64,000 nt of DNA from an uncultured virus (IMG/VR IMGVR_UViG_3300043772_001084) (taxonomy: Duplodnaviria; Heunggongvirae; Uroviricota; Caudoviricetes), in IMG/VR virus record IMGVR_UViG_3300043772_001084; one strand, given 5' to 3'. Positions within the stretch are counted from its first letter, which is position 1. Each line of letters opens with the position of its first letter. The notes beneath the pieces are model-generated. The model worked only from the letters and a program-made list of their open reading frames with translations, was not told the DNA's origin and searched no databases. Of the stretch, positions 58,087 through 64,000 are shown piece by piece. Made by a program: the position numbers and the translations under genes.

Positions 58087-58953
58087 ATGGCGACAAACAA
58101 TGTTTTAGATGCGGTTTTGGCTCAGTATGAAAGCTCAAAACAAAGTGGTTCTTCTTCCACTGCAAAGATGTCTCAAGAAGAAAGAATGAAAAAGTATTTT
58201 GCTGCGATACTTAAAGACAACGAAAAGCAAGCACAAAAAAGAATCCGTATTTTACCAACACCAGACGGATCTTCACCATTCAAAGAAGTATGGTTTCACG
58301 AAATCTTGGTTGATGGTAAATGGCAGAAGTTTTATGATCCTGCAAAAAATGACAATGAGCGTTCACCATTGAGTGAAGTTTATGATGTTCTTATGTCAAC
58401 TGGTAAAGAATCAGACAAAGAACTTGCAAAACAATATAAACCTCGTAAGTTTTATATTGTTAAAGTAATTGATCGTGACAACGAACAAGATGGTCCTAAA
58501 TTCTGGAGATTTAAACACAATTACAAGCAAGAAGGAATTTTTGATAAAATCATTCCAATTTACAAAGCAAAAGGTGATGTTGCTGACGCTGAAAAAGGAA
58601 GAGACCTTATCCTTGAATTAACAAAGGCAAAAACACCAAAAGGTGCGTTCTATACTGTAATCCAAACGGTTATGTATGATGATCCATCTCCGGTTCACGA
58701 AGATGATGAAACAATGACAAGTTGGATTGAAGATGAACTAACCTGGGAAGATGTTTATTCTAAAAAACCAACAGAATATCTTGAAGCAATTGCTCGTGGT
58801 GAAACACCAAGATGGGATTCTGATGCCGGAAAATACATCTACAGCAACACAACTGAAGAAGAGATTTCAATGGGTGGTAGTTCTAAAAAAGTAGAAACTT
58901 TAGTAGAAGATCCACAGATTAATGATGAGGTTGACGAAGAGTTACCATTCTAA
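58087..58953 (+). CDS. Single-stranded DNA-binding protein (T4 gp32-like)
   Basis: IRILP...PF.EVWFH, VIDRD....GPKFW, GRDLIL, acidic tail DEVDEELPF. Confidence 0.8.
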   Translation: MATNNVLDAVLAQYESSKQSGSSSTAKMSQEERMKKYFAAILKDNEKQAQKRIRILPTPDGSSPFKEVWFHEILVDGKWQKFYDPAKNDNERSPLSEVYDVLMSTGKESDKELAKQYKPRKFYIVKVIDRDNEQDGPKFWRFKHNYKQEGIFDKIIPIYKAKGDVADAEKGRDLILELTKAKTPKGAFYTVIQTVMYDDPSPVHEDDETMTSWIEDELTWEDVYSKKPTEYLEAIARGETPRWDSDAGKYIYSNTTEEEISMGGSSKKVETLVEDPQINDEVDEELPF

Positions 58954-58967
58954 AAAAAATCTTAAAT

Positions 58968-59013
58968 AAAAGTGGGTATATGGGTGGACTATATACCCAT
59001 TTTTTCTTATCTT
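58968..59013 (+). terminator. Terminator hairpin overlapping a possible TGGACT-17-TATCTT promoter for recA
   Basis: GTGGGTATAT-gggtggact-ATATACCCAT followed by T5; -35 at 58985, -10 at 59008. Confidence 0.6.
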
Positions 59014-59027
59014 TTTAAAAAAAACAT

Positions 59028-60017
59028 ATGGCAATAAGAAAAAAAGAATTTAAATTTGAGGATATCAAATCAAAATATTCCAGTAAAACAAAGTATAAAC
59101 CAGAAGCTTTTTATAATTGTGGTGAAGCATTTATGGAAGCATGTGGATTACCAGGACCTGTAATGGGGGGTATCAATATGATGTTAGGGCATAGCAACGC
59201 GTCAAAAACCACCGCAATGATTTTGGCAGCAGCGGATGCACAAAAAAAAGGACATTTACCTGTGTTTATTATAACAGAACGTAAATGGTCTTGGGAACAT
59301 GCAGTTGAATTAGGTCTTGAGGCGACAAAGAATGAAGACGGTGAATGGGAGGGTCAATTCATATTTAATGACTCATTTGATTACATTGAACAAGCTACTG
59401 ATTTTATTAATGATATATTGGACGCTCAAGAGAAGGGGGATATACCGTATAATTTATTATTTTGTTGGGATAGCGTGGGAAGTATCCCATGTAAAATGAC
59501 TTATGAAGGTCGTGGTGGTAAAATGGCAAACGCTTCCGTTTTGGCTGACACAATAGGTATGGGTATCCATTCAAGGATAACTAAATCAAAAAAAGAAGAA
59601 TACCCATATTATAACACGTTAATTATAGTAAATCAACCCTGGGTGGACGTTGATATGTCGTCACCTATGAGTCAACCTGAAATCAAGAGTAAGGGTGGGG
59701 AGGCAGTGTGGTTAGCATCAAGTTTAGTTTTTTTATTTGGTAAACAAAAAAAGGCGGGTATTAATCATATTGATGCAACAAAAAACGGTAGAAAAGTATC
59801 GTTTGCTATCAGAACAAGAATATCAATACTTAAAAATCATGTGAATGGTCTTGGGTTTAAGGATGGTAAAATTATTGCAGTCCATAATGGTTATATTTCA
59901 GACACAAAAGAATCCATTGATAAATACAAAAAAGAATATGCCGATTATTGGGCAACTAAAATGGGTGGTAATGATTTTTCTTTAGAAGAATCTAAAGAAC
60001 CTGATTTTGAAGATTAA
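59028..60017 (+). CDS. recA: RecA/UvsX-like recombinase
   Basis: GLPGP..GGI, Walker A-like GHSNASKTT, ITERKW, WDSVGS, VNQ, KGG, KNH motifs; adjacent to SSB. Confidence 0.8.
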   Translation: MAIRKKEFKFEDIKSKYSSKTKYKPEAFYNCGEAFMEACGLPGPVMGGINMMLGHSNASKTTAMILAAADAQKKGHLPVFIITERKWSWEHAVELGLEATKNEDGEWEGQFIFNDSFDYIEQATDFINDILDAQEKGDIPYNLLFCWDSVGSIPCKMTYEGRGGKMANASVLADTIGMGIHSRITKSKKEEYPYYNTLIIVNQPWVDVDMSSPMSQPEIKSKGGEAVWLASSLVFLFGKQKKAGINHIDATKNGRKVSFAIRTRISILKNHVNGLGFKDGKIIAVHNGYISDTKESIDKYKKEYADYWATKMGGNDFSLEESKEPDFED

Positions 60018-60071
60018 AAAAAAATGTTTAGAATAACAATTTTTTTAATATATGTAGATATTTATTAATAT

Positions 60072-60242
60072 ATGGGAAGAATTAAAGTTGAATCTGATAA
60101 AAAAAAGAAAAGTATCTCGGTTGCAATGGAACCAGAAATACTTGATTATATTAGAGATAAACATATCAATCTTTCTTCCCTTGTTAATAAACTATTAAAA
60201 GAGTATATTAAAAATGGAAACAAAGATTTGTACGAAATGTAA
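60072..60242 (+). CDS. Small ribbon-helix-helix-like protein (not in the ORF track), 56 aa
   Basis: Manual translation MGRIKVESDKKKKSISVAMEPEILDYIRDKHINLSSLVNKLLKEYIKNGNKDLYEM; TATTTAT at 60059. Confidence 0.75.
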   Translation: MGRIKVESDKKKKSISVAMEPEILDYIRDKHINLSSLVNKLLKEYIKNGNKDLYEM

Positions 60243-60834
60243 AATAGACAAACCATTGTTGGATTACAATATTTGTTCTAGGGTAAAAGATGGTAGAAAA
60301 GCCGAATGTAGAGCATGTCAAAACATTGCTAGTAGAAAATATAAGTCGGAAAATAAAGAAAAAATTGCGGAATATAATAAAAAATGGAACTCCAAAAATA
60401 AAGAATATTATCAAGAATACAATAAACTTTGGAAGATTGAAAATTACGATAAGATTTTAGAAAAAAGAAAAAGATTTAATGTTATTAATCCACACTACTA
60501 TAATGAATACAATAAAAAAAGAAAAAAAGAAGATGTATTATTTAGATTAACACTTAATATGCGAAACGTTATTTGTAGATATATAAGTAAAAAAACACAA
60601 AATACTTTTGATATTATAGGTTGTACACCCCAAGAATTAAAAGAACATTTGGAAAAACAATTTATTGATGGGATGTCTTGGGAAAATAGAAGTGAATGGC
60701 ACATCGACCACATCGCACCATTATCTTCCGCTAAAACAGAAGAAGAATTATACAAGTTATGTCATTACACAAATCTACAACCACTATGGGCTATTGACAA
60801 TCTAAAAAAAGTAACAAAATTTTATAAAAACTAA
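60214..60834 (+). CDS. Zn-finger + HNH endonuclease (paralogue of 23402..24046)
   Basis: METKICTKC...CRAC; IGCTP..LKEHLE.QF.DGM.WEN; WHIDHIAPLSSAK...CHYTNLQPLWA. Confidence 0.85.
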   Translation: METKICTKCKIDKPLLDYNICSRVKDGRKAECRACQNIASRKYKSENKEKIAEYNKKWNSKNKEYYQEYNKLWKIENYDKILEKRKRFNVINPHYYNEYNKKRKKEDVLFRLTLNMRNVICRYISKKTQNTFDIIGCTPQELKEHLEKQFIDGMSWENRSEWHIDHIAPLSSAKTEEELYKLCHYTNLQPLWAIDNLKKVTKFYKN

Positions 60835-60837
60835 AAA

Positions 60838-62925
60838 ATGAAAAAAGATAAATTAAAAGTTATTTCTTTATTTTCCGGATATGGAACACAAGAACTAGCA
60901 TTAAAATATATTGGAGCTGATTATGAAGTTGTTGCAAATTGTGACAACTTCAAACAAGCAAATGAATGTTATGATGTTTTACATACAACAACTCACGGTA
61001 ATCTTGGTGATATAAGAATGATAAATGAGAATACATTCCCAGAGTGTGATTTATTAACATATTCATTTCCATGTTTTACTAAAGATACATTAGTATTAAC
61101 AAGTGTTGGGTATAAAAATATTGTTGATGTTGAAATTGATGATTTGGTTTTAACACATACTAACACATATAAAAAAGTTACAAACAAATTTGATCAAGGT
61201 AAAAAAGAAATTTGGGAAATAAAATCACCAATATTTGATGAATTAAAAACAACAGAAAATCATAGATTCTATGTTAGAACAAGAATAAATGGTAATAAAA
61301 ATAATACTACCAAACCACACTGGAAAGAATGTAAAGATTTAACAAAAAATGACTACCTTGGTGTTGCAATTAATCAAAATAGTATTATACCAAAGTGGGG
61401 TGGGATTGAGTTCAAATGGAATGATGGAAGAAAACCAAGATACAAAAATGAGTTATCACAACATATGGATAATGAAGATTTTTGGTGGTTGATTGGTAGA
61501 TATATTGGTGATGGTTGGTCAAGAAATCAAGCCGGAATAATTATATGTTGTACAAATAAAAATGATTCTGAATTACAAGAAATTAGTGAAAGATTGGAAA
61601 GATTAAAATTTAATGCGGCAGTTGTTAGAGATGGATCAACATATAAGATACATTTACCAAAAAAAGAAATTGGTTTATTTGTTGAACAATTTGGGAAGTA
61701 TGCCCATGGTAAAAAATTGACTAATACAATTTTTGATTTACCAAGAAATCTTTTGACATCATTTATCCAGGGTTATTTTTCCGCGGATGGAAGCTTTTAT
61801 CAAAATTCAACAAGACAAAGAATTATAAGTGTAAGTCGTGAATTAATTTATGGTATTGGACAATGTATTGCAAAATGTTATAATGTACCCTATTCTATCT
61901 ATAAAACAAAAAATAAAGATAAATACATTATTGAGGGTAGATATGTTAATCAAAGAGATAGTTACACAATTGCTTTTGATTTAGACCAAAGTAAAAATAA
62001 AAAATCTTTTTTTGATAATGGTTTTATTTGGACACCAATTAAAGGTATTATCAATACAAATAATACTGAATTTGTTTATGATATTGAAGTAGATGAAGAC
62101 CATTCATTCACAGCAAATGGTTGTATCGCTCATAATTGTCAAGACATTTCAATTTCCGGGGTTCAAAAAGGAATTAAAGAAGGAACAAGAAGTGGGCTGT
62201 TATTTGAAGTCGAGAGATTATTAAGTATCAATAGACCAAAGTTTCTTTTAATGGAAAATGTTAAAAATCTAATTTCAAAAAACCACATTGATAATTTTCA
62301 AAAACACATATACTTCTTACGAGGACTTGGATATAGTTCATTCTGGAGAGTATTGAATGGGGCTGATTTCGGATGCCCCCAAAATAGAGAAAGAGTTTTT
62401 ATGATGTCAGTTCTTAATAGTAGTATTGATGATGTTAGAGAAAAGATGACAAATGTAGATAATCATAAAAAAGAAAGATTACCAATGAGATCATTTATAG
62501 ATCAAAATTTTAACGAATCTTTAATTGTTGATTGTCACTTTACACCACACCAACCAAAAAAACATACAATCTGTAAGTTAGTTGGTAGAAGAGATGATAT
62601 TAGTTACGATCAAGCAAGAAGAATTTATTCTGTTGATGGTTGTTCACCAACACTAACAACAAGTGGATCACCGCAAATTCTAACAGAAGATGGTAGAGTA
62701 AGAACTATTACAGCAAGAGAAGGGTATAGATTTATGGGTGTTAAAGAACAAGATATTGATTTATTACTTACAACATCATTATCAAATACGGCACATGTTG
62801 CACTAGCTGGAAACTCAATTTGTGTTCCGGTAATGGAAGCGATCTTTACGGAGTTTTTCTCTGACTATATCACAAAAGAAGAACCAATATTGTCAAACCC
62901 ACTTAACGAAGAAATTAATGACTAA
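60838..62925 (+). CDS. C5 cytosine DNA methyltransferase containing an intein
   Basis: SLFSGYG, GDI, YSFP|CQD, GTRSGL, MENV, PQNRERVF, AGNSI motifs. Confidence 0.92.
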   Translation: MKKDKLKVISLFSGYGTQELALKYIGADYEVVANCDNFKQANECYDVLHTTTHGNLGDIRMINENTFPECDLLTYSFPCFTKDTLVLTSVGYKNIVDVEIDDLVLTHTNTYKKVTNKFDQGKKEIWEIKSPIFDELKTTENHRFYVRTRINGNKNNTTKPHWKECKDLTKNDYLGVAINQNSIIPKWGGIEFKWNDGRKPRYKNELSQHMDNEDFWWLIGRYIGDGWSRNQAGIIICCTNKNDSELQEISERLERLKFNAAVVRDGSTYKIHLPKKEIGLFVEQFGKYAHGKKLTNTIFDLPRNLLTSFIQGYFSADGSFYQNSTRQRIISVSRELIYGIGQCIAKCYNVPYSIYKTKNKDKYIIEGRYVNQRDSYTIAFDLDQSKNKKSFFDNGFIWTPIKGIINTNNTEFVYDIEVDEDHSFTANGCIAHNCQDISISGVQKGIKEGTRSGLLFEVERLLSINRPKFLLMENVKNLISKNHIDNFQKHIYFLRGLGYSSFWRVLNGADFGCPQNRERVFMMSVLNSSIDDVREKMTNVDNHKKERLPMRSFIDQNFNESLIVDCHFTPHQPKKHTICKLVGRRDDISYDQARRIYSVDGCSPTLTTSGSPQILTEDGRVRTITAREGYRFMGVKEQDIDLLLTTSLSNTAHVALAGNSICVPVMEAIFTEFFSDYITKEEPILSNPLNEEIND
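61072..62136 (+). mobile_element. Intein (355 aa) with LAGLIDADG endonuclease at the methyltransferase catalytic PC motif
   Basis: Starts CFTKDT, TENHRF block B, LIGRYIGDG and IQGYFSADG, ends VYDIEV...IAHN with Cys at +1. Confidence 0.92.
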
Positions 62926-63934
62926 AACCTTATTGGTTGATGGTAACAACCTATTAAAGATAGGCGTACACGGTGTTAGGGATTTCTTTAACAATGGAGA
63001 ACATGTTGGTGGAACTTGGCATTTTCTAAACACTTTAAGAAGATTTTTAGAGGAAAATAATTACAATAAAGTTGTAGTTTGTTGGGATAGTGAAACCGGA
63101 TCTTCACAGAGAAGAATTATCTATCCCAAATACAAACTAAATAGAAAACAAAAAAACGAAGAAGATTTTAAAGAACAATCTTTTATTACTCAAAAAAATA
63201 GGGTAAAACAATACCTTGAAGAAATGTTTGTAAGACAATTGGAAGTAGAACAATCGGAGGCCGACGATTTGATTGCTTATTATTGTCAAATTTCTGAAGA
63301 TGAAGATAAAACTATATTTTCATCTGATAGAGACCTAACACAACTTATTTCAGAGAAGGTAACCATATATTCACCCCAACAAAAAAGATATTATAAGAAT
63401 GGTGATGGGATTAAAATTTATGAATCCGAAATACCACATTATAATGTTAAAACCTACAAAATATTAACTGGTGATAGTTCAGATAATATTGATGGTATTT
63501 TTTATTTGGGTGAAAAAACATTTCTTAAATTGTTTCCGGAGATACTTGATACAGAATTAAAATATACTGATATTTTAACAAAGGCTGAAAAGTTACTTTC
63601 GGAACAGAAAGGAAATGTTGCCTTACAAAATCTCTTAAGTGGGAAAACCAAAGAGGGAATATTTGGAGAAGAGTTTTTCACAATTAACGAAAAAATAGTG
63701 GACCTAGCTAATCCACTAATTTCGGAAGAAGGAAAAGAATTGGTTAGATTATATCATTCGGAGTCTTTGGATCCAGACGGAAGAGGGCATAGAAATTTAA
63801 TTAAAATGATGATGGAAGACGGTTTCTTCAAATTTCTCCCAAAGGGTGATGACGCTTGGGTAAATTTTTTAAAACCATTTTTAAAACTATCAAGAAAAGA
63901 AAAAACAAATTTTAGAAACAAAACAAAAAAGTAA
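62918..63934 (+). CDS. 5'-3' exonuclease / flap endonuclease (T4 RNase H, Pol I N-terminal-like)
   Basis: LLVDGNN, YKLNR, EADDLIA, SSDRDLTQL, GDSSDNIDGI..LGEKT motifs. Confidence 0.92.
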   Translation: MTKTLLVDGNNLLKIGVHGVRDFFNNGEHVGGTWHFLNTLRRFLEENNYNKVVVCWDSETGSSQRRIIYPKYKLNRKQKNEEDFKEQSFITQKNRVKQYLEEMFVRQLEVEQSEADDLIAYYCQISEDEDKTIFSSDRDLTQLISEKVTIYSPQQKRYYKNGDGIKIYESEIPHYNVKTYKILTGDSSDNIDGIFYLGEKTFLKLFPEILDTELKYTDILTKAEKLLSEQKGNVALQNLLSGKTKEGIFGEEFFTINEKIVDLANPLISEEGKELVRLYHSESLDPDGRGHRNLIKMMMEDGFFKFLPKGDDAWVNFLKPFLKLSRKEKTNFRNKTKK

Positions 63935-63938
63935 AAAA

Positions 63939-64000
63939 ATGAGAGAACAGGAAATAACAAAGTTAGAATTTTTGTTAATGTGTAATGACAACATTGTAGT
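63939..64000 (+). CDS. Start of the next gene (3'-truncated)
   Basis: ATG 4 nt after the previous stop; MREQEITKLEFLLMCNDNIV... open to the window end. Confidence 0.55.
   Translation, partial: MREQEITKLEFLLMCNDNIV

Noticed and set aside
1..64000. Stop-codon reassignment, as seen in some large phages
   Set aside because: Long conserved genes are intact in the standard code, and TAA, TAG and TGA all occur as real gene ends.
1..64000. Eukaryotic giant virus or cellular origin, suggested by GT60, LRR, SNF2, papain and J-domain genes
   Set aside because: Tail sheath, tube, baseplate, neck, gp32-like SSB, bacterial-type promoters and intrinsic terminators identify a tailed bacteriophage.

Overview
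This AT-rich, densely coding 64 kb segment comes from a large contractile-tailed dsDNA phage (jumbo myovirus-like, distantly T4-like). It uses the standard genetic code, and I found no tRNA, rRNA or CRISPR array. From 1 to 20.3 kb it carries fibre/spike/adhesin-like genes: two LRR proteins, a beta-helix spike, a DUF1566-type lectin, and Pro-Thr 'mucin-like' repeat proteins including a papain-type protease fusion. These are interleaved with glycosylation genes (GT60 GlcNAc-transferase, GT4-like transferase, FkbM methyltransferase, UDP-galactopyranose mutase, DUF2827, DUF6734). From 20.4 to 31 kb it has family-B DNA polymerase, a neck protein, a metallopeptidase-SOD-nuclease-like fusion and an intein-containing SNF2 helicase. 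From 31 to 58 kb it has the neck, tail sheath, tube, chaperone, tape measure and baseplate genes, with three free-standing endonuclease genes around the tube gene. From 58 to 64 kb it has gp32-like SSB, RecA/UvsX, HNH, an intein-containing C5 methyltransferase and a 5'-3' exonuclease. Top hypotheses: (1) a phage-encoded mucin-type O-glycosylation system acting on Pro-Thr tracts of virion proteins; (2) a repeated small RHH + HNH endonuclease cassette whose RHH genes are absent from the ORF track; (3) a +1 (UUU_CGG) programmed frameshift in the tail chaperone; (4) a strand-oriented TATTTAT promoter motif, with start-codon-sequestering hairpins on endonuclease genes. All family assignments come from motif recognition by eye; no database searches were run.
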